This document shows, piece after piece, positions 1-10,715 of a stretch of DNA of 64,000 nt; positions within the stretch are counted from its first letter, which is position 1, and every line of letters starts with the position of its first letter. Below the pieces are notes generated by a model that was given only the letters and a program-made list of their open reading frames with translations, was not told the origin of the DNA and searched no databases. The stretch is from Candidatus Woesearchaeota archaeon (lineage in GTDB: Archaea; Nanobdellota; Nanobdellia; Woesearchaeales; 0-14-0-80-44-23). The position numbers were made by a program, and so were the translations under genes. Location of the stretch: contig JAVZCZ010000001.1 of NCBI GenBank assembly GCA_038874135.1, forward strand, positions 845,957 through 909,956, written 5' to 3'.

Positions 1-715
1 CAAATCTCAAAAATCCTTTTCCTTTTGTTGCTTTTACATTATCGCCGTTGTTGTCTAATGGCGCAGGATTTAATGACCAGAACCCTTGTATAATCCCATA
101 ATTCTTTAAATTATCAACTTTAGAATAATAACTTTTCATTACAGGAGTATTACCTAAAACAATTATTGGTATTTTTGCTGATTCCAAAGAGGAAATTCTA
201 ACAGTTATGCTTTTTCCAATTGCTTTTAGCATACTATCTGAACGCAATAATCCCGGATTTCCTTGATGTGTCTTAAAGTCACCTAAACATTTTAATGAAT
301 ATTTGGAATCATTTTTTAGAAGCTCCCAATTCCAAACAATAGACATCTTCACCTCAAAAATAGCTATAATATCTTGTGGTCTCTGAACAACCGAATCTGT
401 TTTGCAAATTGCGACATCAGCAGGAGAACCTTTTGTAAGCTCCAATTCTTCACAAACTACATTCCTAACAGCATATGCATTCAAATCTTTAGCAACATCT
501 TTTAGAAGTTCAACCGACCATTTTTCTGTATATGCTCCAATAAAAGCGTTTCTGCTCTGCAAAGTAGTTTTAGGTCCTTTGTAATTTTTCGGCCAATAGG
601 CATAATATTTCTTGTTTTTTGTAGTGTAAAATAATTGCTCGGGAGAAGCAACTTCTAAAGATTTTGTGAAAAAATCGATTTCTTGTTCTTTTGTCCATAA
701 TTTTTTATCTAGCAT
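1..715 (-). CDS. Putative type II restriction endonuclease, PD-(D/E)XK fold (partial; runs off the window start)
   Basis: Not in the ORF track; manually translated from ATG 715: MLDKKLWTKEQ...LQSRNAFIGAYTEKW...ADVAIC...IFEVKMSIVWNW...GLLRSDSMLKAIGK. D...ExK catalytic pattern, open to position 1, adjacent to an R-M locus. Confidence 0.65.
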   Translation of the reverse strand, partial: MLDKKLWTKEQEIDFFTKSLEVASPEQLFYTTKNKKYYAYWPKNYKGPKTTLQSRNAFIGAYTEKWSVELLKDVAKDLNAYAVRNVVCEELELTKGSPADVAICKTDSVVQRPQDIIAIFEVKMSIVWNWELLKNDSKYSLKCLGDFKTHQGNPGLLRSDSMLKAIGKSITVRISSLESAKIPIIVLGNTPVMKSYYSKVDNLKNYGIIQGFWSLNPAPLDNNGDNVKATKGKGFLRF

Positions 716-863
716 TTTTCTTACCTTCCCTTTTTATCTCCTCGACCATAAAGTTCTCAAATTGCTTTGATACAATCAAACCTTTTTGGTCACAAATATT
801 TTTATAATCCTCATAAGTTTTAGCATCAACGCTTAATGTAATAGTTCTTTTTCCGTTACCCAT
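705..863 (-). CDS. Small ribbon-helix-helix-like regulator (52 aa)
   Basis: Manual translation MGNGKRTITLSVDAKTYEDYKNICDQKGLIVSKQFENFMVEEIKREGKKNAR: alternating beta-strand pattern then two helices. Overlaps the nuclease start; GAGGGG RBS upstream. Confidence 0.6.
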   Translation of the reverse strand: MGNGKRTITLSVDAKTYEDYKNICDQKGLIVSKQFENFMVEEIKREGKKNAR

Positions 864-880
864 ATTAACCCCTCAATAAA

Positions 881-906
881 TAAACATATTTAAACATATT
901 TATAAA
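881..906 (-). promoter_or_regulatory. TATA box plus tandem 10-bp repeat (TAAACATATT x2), candidate operator
   Basis: Perfect direct repeat 881-890/891-900 lying between a TTTATAAA box and the RHH start codon. Confidence 0.5.
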
Positions 907-988
907 CTTTACCTCAAAACTGCGGCAACAACGAATTTTCGCCTTCGGTATCGTTGCACTAAAATTTTGTCTTCCCTTCTGTCAGAGA

Positions 989-1152
989 GCATAACAGCGA
1001 TTTAATAGTTCTCAGGGTCGGCTTCGCCTAAAACGCCAAGCGTTTTCCCCTGCTCTCTCAAATTGAAATTTTGGAGGTCGCTCGGCTGGGTTGCCTGCCT
1101 CGCTCCAACTCTCAAAATTCAACTTCGTTAAATTCCGTAAGTTAAGTGAAAT
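989..1152 (+). repeat. attC-like recombination site (complete-looking copy)
   Basis: GCATAAC (989-995) + ATTTAA ... TTAAAT-N7-GTTAAGT (1141-1147), with an internal imperfect inverted repeat (TTGAAATTTTG/CAAAATTCAA). Matches the R''-L''...L'-R' layout. Confidence 0.55.
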
Positions 1153-1330
1153 AAAAAATGGGTTGCGGGAGTGCCTTCGGCAAAGATTGTCTCGCCTTGC
1201 GCGGATATTATAAAACTGATTTTTTCGTTTCCTAACTTTATAGGACAGGGCGGTATTTAAACGAAAAGATTAGTAAATTGAGGAAAAAACTTATAAATAT
1301 GATGATAGGTATCGAAACACGGATGATAAA

Positions 1331-2854
1331 ATGAAGAACAACGGAGCAAATTTAGGTTTTGAACAAAAACTCTGGCAGGCGGCAGACAAGCTGAGAAGCG
1401 ACATGGATGCTGCAGAATACAAGCACGTTGTTTTGGGATTAATTTTCTTAAAATACATTTCTGACTCATTTAAAGAAGTTTATGACGAATTGAAAAAAGA
1501 TCCAGAAGCTGATCCAGAAGATGTTGATGAATATATTGCAAGAAGAGTTTTCTGGGTTCCAAAAGAAGCGAGATGGGATTATTTGCAAGCCAATGCAAAA
1601 AAACCAGAGATAGGTGAATTAATAGATCATGCAATGGATATTATCGAAAGAGACAATCCATCGTTAAAAGGTGTTCTTCCAAAGATTTATGCACGGCCAG
1701 CACTAAGTAAACAGCGTCTTGGAGAACTCATAGACATAATCGGCACTATTGGTTTAGGTGATAAAGAAAATAAGAGCAAAGATATTCTAGGCAGGGTTTA
1801 CGAATATTTTCTTGGACAATTTGCGGATGCAGAAGGAAAGAAAGGTGGTCAGTTCTACACACCGAAATGTATTGTAAAATTACTTGTTGAAATGCTTGAG
1901 CCATACAATGGCAGGATATTTGATCCTTGTTGCGGCTCAGGAGGAATGTTTGTTCAATCAGAAAAATTTGTTGAAGCTCATGGCGGCAAAATAGGAGATA
2001 TTTCAATTTATGGCCAAGAAAGTAATCAAACAACATGGCGTTTATGCAAAATGAATCTTGCAATAAGAAGAATAGATGCAAACATAAAATGGGGCAATTC
2101 ATTCCATGATGATCAGTTTAAAGATTTAAAAGCTGATTTTATTCTTGCTAATCCTCCTTTTAACGATTCAGACTGGCGCGGCGAGTTGTTGCAGGAAGAT
2201 GTGAGATGGAAATATGGTATTCCTCCAAAAGGAAATGCTAATTTTGCATGGGTTCAGCATTTCATCCATCATTTATCGCCAACAGGGACAGCAGGGTTTG
2301 TTCTTGCTAATGGCTCTTTAAGTTCAATGACCTCTAATGAAGGTGAGATAAGAAAAAATATTGTTAAAGCGGATTTAGTAGATTGCATTGTTGCTCTGCC
2401 ATCTCAACTTTTCTATAACACAATGATTCCTGCTTGTCTATGGTTTGTTTCTCGCGATAAAAAAGACAACAAGTTCAAAGATAGACGAGGAAAGATTCTG
2501 TTTATTGATGCAAGAAAAATGGGTGTAATGATCGATAGAAGACATAGAGAATTAACAGATGAGGAAATAAAGAAAATTGCTGATACTTATCATGCATGGC
2601 GTGGAGAAAATAACCTTGAATATAAGGATATTCCCGGCTTTTGTAAATCTGCCTCATTAGAAGAAGTTGAAAAAAACAATTTTATCTTAACACCAGGCAG
2701 ATATGTCGGCTTTGAAGAGCAAGAAGAGCCGGAAGAAGTTTTTGAAGAAAAAATGAAAAAACTAACAGCAGAGCTAAAACAACAAATGGAAGAAAGCAAA
2801 AAGCTCGACGAAGAAATAAAAAAGAATTTGGAGAGGTTGGGGTGGAGGGTTTAG
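1331..2854 (+). CDS. hsdM: Type I restriction-modification methyltransferase subunit M
   Basis: [10 protein letters not shown]-terminus, [15 protein letters not shown] (motif I) and NPPF (motif IV). Confidence 0.97.
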   Translation: MKNNGANLGFEQKLWQAADKLRSDMDAAEYKHVVLGLIFLKYISDSFKEVYDELKKDPEADPEDVDEYIARRVFWVPKEARWDYLQANAKKPEIGELIDHAMDIIERDNPSLKGVLPKIYARPALSKQRLGELIDIIGTIGLGDKENKSKDILGRVYEYFLGQFADAEGKKGGQFYTPKCIVKLLVEMLEPYNGRIFDPCCGSGGMFVQSEKFVEAHGGKIGDISIYGQESNQTTWRLCKMNLAIRRIDANIKWGNSFHDDQFKDLKADFILANPPFNDSDWRGELLQEDVRWKYGIPPKGNANFAWVQHFIHHLSPTGTAGFVLANGSLSSMTSNEGEIRKNIVKADLVDCIVALPSQLFYNTMIPACLWFVSRDKKDNKFKDRRGKILFIDARKMGVMIDRRHRELTDEEIKKIADTYHAWRGENNLEYKDIPGFCKSASLEEVEKNNFILTPGRYVGFEEQEEPEEVFEEKMKKLTAELKQQMEESKKLDEEIKKNLERLGWRV

Positions 2855-2857
2855 AAG

Positions 2858-3991
2858 ATGATGTATAGAATAAGAAAATATCTAGCTTATAAACAATTCA
2901 TCCCAACAAAAAAAGATTTAGATTGTGAAAAATTAAAGGAGTTGACAAATCAGTTAAAAACAAAAACCTTTGACGAAACTTTAGTTAATATTGCTGAATG
3001 GCAAGACAGAAATATAAAATACTGGGATGAAAGAGGAGGCATAATTAATTATATACTTATCGTTTCTATAACTATTTTGTCAATAATTATAGGCAATATA
3101 AATAATTTTGCTTATTTTTTGTTACTGCTAATACCTTTTTTGATAATTGGAAAAGAAACTTTAAACATAATTTTCAATATAATAATTTTAGGCGTATCTC
3201 TTTTGTTGCCTTTTGTTTTTTTAATTTTAACTATTCCTTCAATAACAATAAGTTCAAATTTTCTAATTTTATTTATTGCATTATCCTTTATTTTGGGTGC
3301 GTTTATATCTTCAATTTTGAGTATCTATTTTAAGTATCGTAATATCAAAAGGTTTATTCCAGATTTTGACATGGGGGATACTTTTAAATTAAGCTTACCT
3401 GTAGAAAAAATATTAAAATATCGACTTTCAATATGTAGAGATTATGCAAAATTAACAGCTGCTCTACTTTTAAGCATTTATCCAAAAAACGAAGTTTATT
3501 TTTTATTAATACCTTCTCATGTTGCGGTTGGTATTAAAAAAGACAATAATATATTTGTTATAGATCAGAAACTACCTATTTTAACATTCAATAGCTGGAA
3601 AGAAAAATGGAAAAAAAGATTTAATAAAAAAAGATTAAATATAGAAATATTTAAGATTTATTTAAAAAATAAAGATATTGAAATTCAACCAATCAAAGAA
3701 AAAAATATTATTGAACAAAAAACTATTTTAGATATTAAAAAATTAAATAAAAATTTATCCAGTCTCTTAAACATAGATGAAGTCAAAGAAAAAAAGAAAC
3801 CGAGTTTAGAAATACCTATTAAAAATATATTACCCCTAATTCAAAATGAAGAATTAATTGAAAAATCTTTATTTGAATTTATAAAAAACAAAATCGAAGA
3901 TGAATTAGTAGGAAATATAAAAAATTTGAAGGGCATTCATTTAGAAAAAAGAAATGATGACTTGATAATAAAATTATGGTTAAAAATATGA
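2858..3991 (+). CDS. Membrane-embedded transglutaminase-like (Cys-His-Asp) protein, DUF553/UPF0252-like
   Basis: About 4 hydrophobic helices, followed by ICRDYAKL, SHVAVG and VIDQK (catalytic-triad pattern). Confidence 0.7.
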   Translation: MMYRIRKYLAYKQFIPTKKDLDCEKLKELTNQLKTKTFDETLVNIAEWQDRNIKYWDERGGIINYILIVSITILSIIIGNINNFAYFLLLLIPFLIIGKETLNIIFNIIILGVSLLLPFVFLILTIPSITISSNFLILFIALSFILGAFISSILSIYFKYRNIKRFIPDFDMGDTFKLSLPVEKILKYRLSICRDYAKLTAALLLSIYPKNEVYFLLIPSHVAVGIKKDNNIFVIDQKLPILTFNSWKEKWKKRFNKKRLNIEIFKIYLKNKDIEIQPIKEKNIIEQKTILDIKKLNKNLSSLLNIDEVKEKKKPSLEIPIKNILPLIQNEELIEKSLFEFIKNKIEDELVGNIKNLKGIHLEKRNDDLIIKLWLKI

Positions 3992-5214
3992 AACCCCAAA
4001 AACCCAAATTCAAACAAACCGAAATCGGAATGATTCCTGAGGATTGGGAAGAAACAACAATTGGGGTTATCTGCAATATTAAAAATGGTAAAACTAACAC
4101 GCAGGATGCTGTAGAGGATGGAGAATACCCTTTATTTGATCGTTCAGCGCAAATTAAACGAAGTAACAAATTTATATTTGATTGTGAAGCAATAATTGTG
4201 CCTGGTGAAGGAAAAGAATTTCTACCACGATATTTTGAAGGGAAATTTGATTTACACCAAAGATCTTATGCTATTTGGAAAAAAGAAAATGTTAATCTAA
4301 AGTTTGTTTATTATTGGATTCTTAAAAATAGAGATTATCTCTCTAGAGTTGCTGTTGGTTCTACTGTTAGATCTCTAAGAATTGGTCATTTACAAAGTTT
4401 TCCATTAGGTTTACCTCCCCTCCCCGAGCAACGAGCAATTGCAAAAATTCTTTCTGACCTTGACTCTAAAATAGAACTATTACAAAAAATGAACAAAACA
4501 CTTGAAACAATCGGCCAGGCAATTTTCAAGCACTGGTTTGTTGATTTTGAGTTTCCAAACGAGGAAGGCAAGCCTTACAAGTCATCAGGTGGCGAGATGG
4601 TTTATAATGAAGAATTAGGCAAAGAAATACCGAAGGGATGGAGGGTTGGAGAATTAGGAAAATTTATAGAGTTTGTAAAAGGAAAAAAACCGAAAGTTGT
4701 TTTTAATACTGATAAAGAAGGATTACCACAAATACTAATAGACGTCCTAGAAGGAGGAAAACCTGCTTTTGTAGATCCAAAAGACATGATTATCTGCAAT
4801 GAAGAAGATATTATTATGGTTATGGATGGGGCAAGCTCTGGAAGAATAGAAAGAGGATTTAGTGGTGTTTTAGGTTCCACTCTTGCAAAAATAAAAATAA
4901 AAGAATTAAATCAAGATTATATTTATTATTTACTGAAGAATAAGGAACAAGAAATTAAAGAAAATACTACTGGGACTTCCATTCCACATGCAGATAAAAA
5001 GAAAATAGAAAAATTTCTTATTGTTATACCGCCAAAAAAAGTTCTGGATATTTTTAAAAATAAAATCCTTTTAAAACAAATCGCATTAAAAAAAGAGATT
5101 AAAACCCTCTCCCAACTCCGCGATTCTCTCCTTCCTAAACTTATATCTGGCAAAATAAGAGTGCCTGCTGAGATGATAAAAGAGATGGAAAAGGAGATTG
5201 AAAAATCTACTTAA
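3976..5214 (+). CDS. hsdS: Type I R-M specificity subunit S (start may be ATG 3988)
   Basis: KQTEIGMIPEDW, PPLPEQRAIAKILSDLDSKI, EIPKGW and LRDSLLPKLISG conserved regions flanking two TRDs. Confidence 0.95.
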   Translation: MVKNMKPQKPKFKQTEIGMIPEDWEETTIGVICNIKNGKTNTQDAVEDGEYPLFDRSAQIKRSNKFIFDCEAIIVPGEGKEFLPRYFEGKFDLHQRSYAIWKKENVNLKFVYYWILKNRDYLSRVAVGSTVRSLRIGHLQSFPLGLPPLPEQRAIAKILSDLDSKIELLQKMNKTLETIGQAIFKHWFVDFEFPNEEGKPYKSSGGEMVYNEELGKEIPKGWRVGELGKFIEFVKGKKPKVVFNTDKEGLPQILIDVLEGGKPAFVDPKDMIICNEEDIIMVMDGASSGRIERGFSGVLGSTLAKIKIKELNQDYIYYLLKNKEQEIKENTTGTSIPHADKKKIEKFLIVIPPKKVLDIFKNKILLKQIALKKEIKTLSQLRDSLLPKLISGKIRVPAEMIKEMEKEIEKST

Positions 5215-5218
5215 AAGG

Positions 5219-5266
5219 AAAGATTTAAATATTAACTAAAGTTAATATATATTAACTATGGTTAAT
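5219..5266 (+). promoter_or_regulatory. TATA box plus two palindromic operators ATTAACT-N2-GTTAAT-like
   Basis: AAAGATTTAAATATTAA promoter, then ATTAACTAAAGTTAAT (5231-5246) and ATTAACTATGGTTAAT (5251-5266, spanning the ATG). Confidence 0.6.
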
Positions 5267-5806
5267 AAATATAAACAAAAGTTAACATTATTACAACAAG
5301 AAATTTTGTCTTTGTTGTTTAGAAAAACAGGATTGTCTTTAAATCAGAGACAAATAGCAAAAAATTTAGGAGTTAGCCAAGCAGGTATAACAAAAGCTAT
5401 TCCATTGTTAGAAAAACTTGATTATGTCAAAATAAAGAAGGATAAGGAAACTGGCAGATGGTCAATAGAAATAAATCAAAGCAACAGAAGAGTTTTGCAG
5501 TTAAAAAGAGTGGAGAACTTAAAAAATATTTACGAAACAGGTTTTTTTGATTTTTTAGAAAAAGAATTTCCTGGAACAACAATAATTTTGTTTGGCAGTT
5601 ATTCACGAGGAGATGACACAATAAATTCAGATGTTGATATTGCTATTATTGGAACAAAGAGAAAAGAAATTGATTTATCAAACTATGAAAAATTGTTTGA
5701 AAGAAAAATAAATCTTAATTTCTACAGCTCTTTTTCAGAAATTCATAAAAATCTAAAGGAAAATCTTGCAAATGGAATACTACTAGCAGGAGGATTTGAA
5801 TTATGA
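5258..5806 (+). CDS. wHTH-fused minimal nucleotidyltransferase (MNT antitoxin)
   Basis: N-terminal HTH (LNQRQIAKNLGVSQAGIT) and the GSX10DXD motif FGSYSRGDDTINSDVD. Confidence 0.85.
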   Translation: MVNKYKQKLTLLQQEILSLLFRKTGLSLNQRQIAKNLGVSQAGITKAIPLLEKLDYVKIKKDKETGRWSIEINQSNRRVLQLKRVENLKNIYETGFFDFLEKEFPGTTIILFGSYSRGDDTINSDVDIAIIGTKRKEIDLSNYEKLFERKINLNFYSSFSEIHKNLKENLANGILLAGGFEL

Positions 5807-6234
5807 GAGACTTTAAAGAATTTGTTAAAGAAGGTGTAGTCAAAAAACAAAAACCTGACAAATCAAGAGCAGAGTATTTAATTAATGAAGCCAATAAATC
5901 TTACAATTTACTTTTAATAAAAATTGAAAAATTAGGTGTTAATAATGAAACTGCAAATGATTTAATTAAAACATGTTATGATATTATAATGGAGCTGATC
6001 AGAGCAAAAATGCTTTTGGAAGGTTATAATGCATCGGGCCATAGTGCGCATGAAGCAGAAGTTTCTTATCTTTCATTGATTAATTTTAATGAAAGAGACA
6101 TACAATTTCTTGATCAATTGAGATATTTCAGAAATGGAATAATTTATTATGGAACTAATTTAAACAAAGATTATGCCGAGAAGGTTATAGATTTCACAAA
6201 AAGGATCTACCAAAAATTGAAGAATCAAAAATAA
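5803..6234 (+). CDS. HEPN-domain protein (partner of MNT)
   Basis: All-helical 143 aa; 4-nt overlap with MNT; LRYFRNGIIYYG motif. Confidence 0.75.
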   Translation: MRDFKEFVKEGVVKKQKPDKSRAEYLINEANKSYNLLLIKIEKLGVNNETANDLIKTCYDIIMELIRAKMLLEGYNASGHSAHEAEVSYLSLINFNERDIQFLDQLRYFRNGIIYYGTNLNKDYAEKVIDFTKRIYQKLKNQK

Positions 6235-6238
6235 AAAT

Positions 6239-6356
6239 ATGTTAATATTTTTTTAACATTTGTTAATTATTTTTAACATATATTTTGTGGTTTATTTTTC
6301 AAAAGATTTAAATATTAATGTTAATTATTTTTAACATATGTTAGAAATATTTAACA
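6239..6356 (+). promoter_or_regulatory. Four TGTTAA-N6/7-TTAACA palindromic operators around a TATA box
   Basis: Copies at ~6240-6258, 6261-6278, 6319-6336 and a degenerate copy at 6339-6356; promoter AAAGATTTAAATATTAA at 6302-6318. Confidence 0.6.
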
Positions 6357-6850
6357 CTTTGAAGCCTTTCTTTGAAGATTGTTATAGACGTATTAATGTT
6401 CGCGAATATGCAAGAATTCAAAAAATAAGCCCGCCAACAGCTTCAAAGATTCTTGAAAAATTGCATAAAGAAGGTTTGCTCAAAAAAGAAGAAGAGAATC
6501 TTTATAATTATTATTTCGCAAATAAAGATTCTGAGTTTTTCATAGAATTATCAAGAATTTATTGGAAAAGAATATTAGAAGATTCAGGATTGTTAGAAGA
6601 ACTAGAAAAAAATCTGCTAAATCCGATAATTTATCTTTTCGGTTCTTTATCAAAAGCAGAAGCGAAAGTTGATTCTGACGTCGATTTAGCAATTTTCACG
6701 CCAGCAAAAAAAGAAATTAATCTTGAAAAATTTGAAAAACTTCTAAAAAGGAAAATACAGATTTTTGTTTTTAAGGATATGAAAGATGTAAAAAACGAAG
6801 AACTGCTTAAAAATATACTAAATGGTTTCAAAATAAAAGGAAGCTGGTAA
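6338..6850 (+). CDS. wHTH-fused minimal nucleotidyltransferase (MNT antitoxin), second copy
   Basis: HTH (VREYARIQKISPPTASKIL) and FGSLSKAEAKVDSDVD. Confidence 0.85.
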   Translation: MLEIFNTLKPFFEDCYRRINVREYARIQKISPPTASKILEKLHKEGLLKKEEENLYNYYFANKDSEFFIELSRIYWKRILEDSGLLEELEKNLLNPIIYLFGSLSKAEAKVDSDVDLAIFTPAKKEINLEKFEKLLKRKIQIFVFKDMKDVKNEELLKNILNGFKIKGSW

Positions 6851-6851
6851 A

Positions 6852-7256
6852 ATGGACTGGAAAGAATGTTTAAAACAAAGAATTGCGAAAGAAACAAAAG
6901 AAGATAAAAATCTAGTAAAATCTTTATTAGAAACAGCAGAAATAAAATTAAAGTCTGCTGATTCTTTGACTGATGAATTTTTTATAAGCAAAATCTCTTT
7001 ATTGTATGATTCTCTAAGAGAAATTCTAGAAGCACTAGCTATTAAAAAAGGGTTTAAGATTTATAACCATGAATGCTACACGGCTTTTCTAAAGGAGATA
7101 ATAGGTTTGTCAAGGGAAGCAGATATTTTTAATGATTTGAGAAAAACTAGAAATGATATAAATTATTATGGAAAAAAACTTGAAAAAGAAGAAGCAAAAG
7201 TAATTATAGAAAAATTAAAAAATTTGATTTCAAAATTTAAAAATATAATAAAATGA
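6852..7256 (+). CDS. HEPN-domain protein, second copy
   Basis: NHECY and [12 protein letters not shown] motifs; directly follows the MNT gene. Confidence 0.75.
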   Translation: MDWKECLKQRIAKETKEDKNLVKSLLETAEIKLKSADSLTDEFFISKISLLYDSLREILEALAIKKGFKIYNHECYTAFLKEIIGLSREADIFNDLRKTRNDINYYGKKLEKEEAKVIIEKLKNLISKFKNIIK

Positions 7257-10200
7257 AAAAAGCACTCTCTGAATCGGATGTTGAGGAATTTGTCTTATCA
7301 CTTTTGGAAAGCTTGGGCTATGAAATAATAAGAGGTAATAGTGAGGATTACTTACCAAATGGAAGATATGCTCTAAGACAAAGATATGAAGATGTTGTGC
7401 TTGTTAGCAGGCTGCGTGAGGCTTTAAGGAGGATTAATCAACAGGCTTCAGAAGAAGCGAGAGAGCAAGCAATAAAAGAAATTCAAAGGATAGGAAGTCA
7501 AAAACTGATTGTGGACAATGAGACCTTTCATAAGATGCTTACTGATGGTATCAGTGTTCCAATTACAAAAGCTGGTGAAGAAAGGCATGTTTTGATTAAT
7601 TTGTTTGACTTTAAAGATATAAAAAATAACGATTTTCTTGTTGTTAATCAATTTACAGTAATAGAAAACAATGTTGAAAGAAGACCTGATATTGTTTTGT
7701 TTGTTAATGGTTTGCCTTTGGTTGTTATAGAGTTAAAAAATCCTGCTGATGAAAATGCAACAATTTGGACAGCATACAATCAGTTTCAAACATATAAAGA
7801 ACAGATACCATCTTTGTTCAAATATAATGAGATCTTGGTTATTAGTGATGGCATAGATGCAAGAGCAGGCACGATTACTTCTGAACCAGAAAGATTTATG
7901 CAATGGAAGACAATAGACGGAGAAAAACCAAAGCAAGGATTAACAGAAATAGAGATTTTGATTAGAGGAATGCTCGACAAAGAAAGACTTCTAGATATTG
8001 TAAGAAACTTTATTGTTTTTGAAAAAGATAAAGAAACAAAAAAGAAATTGGCAGCGTATCATCAATATTGGGCAGCAAACAAAGCGTTAGAGTCAACAAT
8101 ACAAGCAAGAAAAACAAACAAGAAAGCAGGTATTGTATGGCACACACAAGGTTCTGGGAAGAGCCTAACAATGATATTTTATGCAGGAAAGTTAATTAAA
8201 GAGCTCGATAATCCAACAATAGTTATTCTTACAGATAGAAACGACCTTGACGATCAGTTATTTGGAACATTCGGCAAATGTCAAGATATTTTAAGACAAA
8301 AACCAGTTCAAGCAAACACAAGAAAAGAATTACAAGAATTACTCAAGGTCTCTTCAGGGGGGATAGTTTTTACAACAATACAAAAGTTTTTCCCAGAGGA
8401 AGACAGAGAAAAATATCCTGTGCTTTCCCAAAGAGACAATATTATAGTTATAGCAGACGAAGCTCACAGAAGCCAGTATGGTTTTACAGCAAAAATACTA
8501 AAAAAAGAGGATAGAGCATTAATTACTTACGGTTATGCAAAGTATTTGAGAGACGCTTTGCCTAATGCATCATTTATTGGCTTTACTGGAACCCCTATAG
8601 AAAAAGCAGATAGATCAACTCCTGCAGTTTTTGGAAAATATGTTGATGTTTATGATATAGAACAAGCAGTAAATGATGGTGCAACTGTAAGAATTTTTTA
8701 TGAAAGCAGATTAGCAAAACTGGAGTTAAAACCAGAAGAAAGACCAAAAATAGACCTTGAATTTGAAGAGGTAACAGAAGGAGAAGAGATAGCACATAAA
8801 GAAAGGCTAAAGAGCAAATGGGCAAGATTGGAAAAAATTGCTGGCGCTCCAAAAAGAATAAAAAGAATTGCACAAGATATTGTTAATCATTTTGAACAAA
8901 GGCTTTCTGTTCTTGATGGAAAAGGAATGATTGTTTGTATGTCAAGAAGAATATGCATCGACCTTTATAATGAAATAATAAAATTAAGACCAGCATGGCA
9001 TAATGAAGATGATGACAAAGGGTTTATCAAAGTCGTAATAACAGGCTCTGCTTCGGATTCAAAAGAATGGCAAAAGCATATAAGAAACAAAGTCAGAAGA
9101 AAGAAAATAGGCGATAACTTCAAGGATCCAGAACATGAAATTAAACTGCTTATTGTAAGAGACATGTTCTTAACTGGTTTCGATGCACCGAGTTTGCACA
9201 CAATGTATCTTGACAAACCAATCAAAGGTCATACTTTAATGCAGGCAATAGCAAGAGTTAATAGAGTTTATCCCGGAAAGGAAGGCGGTTTAATTGTTGA
9301 TTATATTGGTATTGGTGCTGAATTGAAAAAAGCCTTGATGGATTATACAGAAAGCGGAGGTAAAGGAAAGCCAATATTAGACCAAGAAGAGGCAGTTAAA
9401 TTAATGCTCGAGAAATATGAAACTGTAAAGGATATGTTTTATGGTTTTAATTATAAGAAATTTTTTGAGCTTCCACCAAAAGAAAAATTGGCTTTCATAC
9501 CAAATGCAATAGAACACTTACTAAAAGAAGCAGGGAAAAAAGAAAGATTTGTAAAAGAAGCCACAGCTCTTATAAAAGCGTTCTCTTTGTCAGTTCCCCA
9601 CGAAAAAGCTATGAAAATTAAGGAAGAAGTTGCTTTTTTCCAAGCAATAAAATCGATAATATCAAAAACAATTGAAACCAAAAAAGATGTAAAAGAAAAA
9701 TATGAAACGGCGATCAAACAGATTATCTCAAAAGCAGTGATCTCTGATAGAATTATAGATATATTTGAGGCTGCCGGAATTCAAAAACCCGAGCTTTCAA
9801 TTTTATCAGATGCTTTTTTAGCAGAAATAAAAGAGATGCCTCAGAAAAACTTGGCGTTTGAAGCTCTAAAAAAATTATTGAACGATGAGATCAAGATAAT
9901 TTCAAAAAGAAATCTTGTTCAAGGCAAATCTTTCATGGAGATGCTAGACACAACAATAAAAAAATATACAAATAGAGCTGTAGAGGCTGCGCAAGTTATA
10001 GAAGAATTAATAGAGTTGGCAAGAAAAGTTAGAGAAGAAAAAAACAGGGGAAAAGAGCTTGGAATGAGTGAAGATGAACTTGCATTTTATGATGCGCTTG
10101 AAGTTAATGATAGCGCAGTTAAAATACTTGGTAATGAAACCTTAAGAAAAATAGCGCTAGAACTAACGCAGATGATAAGAAAAAGTGTTACAATAGACTG

Positions 10201-10351
10201 GACACAGAGAGAAAGTGTTCAAGCAGAGTTGCGTCTTAAAGTAAAGAAAATACTGAGAAAATATGGTTATCCTCCTGACAAAGAGAAAAAGGCAACAGAA
10301 ACCGTCTTAAAACAAGCAGAGTTGGTTGCTGGAAATTTAGTTGCTGTTTAA
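7253..10351 (+). CDS. hsdR: Type I restriction endonuclease subunit R
   Basis: [20 protein letters not shown] nuclease motif, HTQGSGKS Walker [13 protein letters not shown]. Confidence 0.97.
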   Translation: MKKALSESDVEEFVLSLLESLGYEIIRGNSEDYLPNGRYALRQRYEDVVLVSRLREALRRINQQASEEAREQAIKEIQRIGSQKLIVDNETFHKMLTDGISVPITKAGEERHVLINLFDFKDIKNNDFLVVNQFTVIENNVERRPDIVLFVNGLPLVVIELKNPADENATIWTAYNQFQTYKEQIPSLFKYNEILVISDGIDARAGTITSEPERFMQWKTIDGEKPKQGLTEIEILIRGMLDKERLLDIVRNFIVFEKDKETKKKLAAYHQYWAANKALESTIQARKTNKKAGIVWHTQGSGKSLTMIFYAGKLIKELDNPTIVILTDRNDLDDQLFGTFGKCQDILRQKPVQANTRKELQELLKVSSGGIVFTTIQKFFPEEDREKYPVLSQRDNIIVIADEAHRSQYGFTAKILKKEDRALITYGYAKYLRDALPNASFIGFTGTPIEKADRSTPAVFGKYVDVYDIEQAVNDGATVRIFYESRLAKLELKPEERPKIDLEFEEVTEGEEIAHKERLKSKWARLEKIAGAPKRIKRIAQDIVNHFEQRLSVLDGKGMIVCMSRRICIDLYNEIIKLRPAWHNEDDDKGFIKVVITGSASDSKEWQKHIRNKVRRKKIGDNFKDPEHEIKLLIVRDMFLTGFDAPSLHTMYLDKPIKGHTLMQAIARVNRVYPGKEGGLIVDYIGIGAELKKALMDYTESGGKGKPILDQEEAVKLMLEKYETVKDMFYGFNYKKFFELPPKEKLAFIPNAIEHLLKEAGKKERFVKEATALIKAFSLSVPHEKAMKIKEEVAFFQAIKSIISKTIETKKDVKEKYETAIKQIISKAVISDRIIDIFEAAGIQKPELSILSDAFLAEIKEMPQKNLAFEALKKLLNDEIKIISKRNLVQGKSFMEMLDTTIKKYTNRAVEAAQVIEELIELARKVREEKNRGKELGMSEDELAFYDALEVNDSAVKILGNETLRKIALELTQMIRKSVTIDWTQRESVQAELRLKVKKILRKYGYPPDKEKKATETVLKQAELVAGNLVAV

Positions 10352-10714
10352 ATACAAAAAATAGATGCTTGGATCAAGTCTGTTGACAGAGGGTTTTATG
10401 ATGTTCCCTATACTTATCGCAAAGGAACACATCAAGTTTGGGTAAAATTTAACCCCGACTTCTTTATCAAGATAGGAAAAGACATTATGGTTGTAGAGAT
10501 AAAATCTGACGAAGCTATCGCCGAAGGAAATAAAGCCAAATTGAAATATGCTAGAATACACTTCGAAGAATTGAATAAAAAGCAGAAGAAACTTAAATAT
10601 TATTCCAAGTTCCTTTCCCCACAAGATTTTCTACAATTTTTTTAAGCCATAAAATCTGGAAATTATGCAGAATATACTAGTAATCTTGAAGCCGAAATTA
10701 AAAGGCTAATTTAA
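10352..10714 (+). pseudogene. C-terminal remnant of a type III restriction (Res) nuclease domain
   Basis: No start codon; reads IQKIDAWIKSVDRGFYDVPY...FNPDFFIK...VVEIKSDE...NKAKLKYA (PD...EIK motif); internal TAA at 10643-10645. Confidence 0.7.
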
Positions 10715-10715
10715 A

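Noticed and set aside
10349-10714. Readthrough fusion of HsdR to a second nuclease domain
   Set aside because: HsdR ends at a normal-looking C-terminus with TAA, and the downstream fragment has its own internal stop; a relic is more parsimonious.
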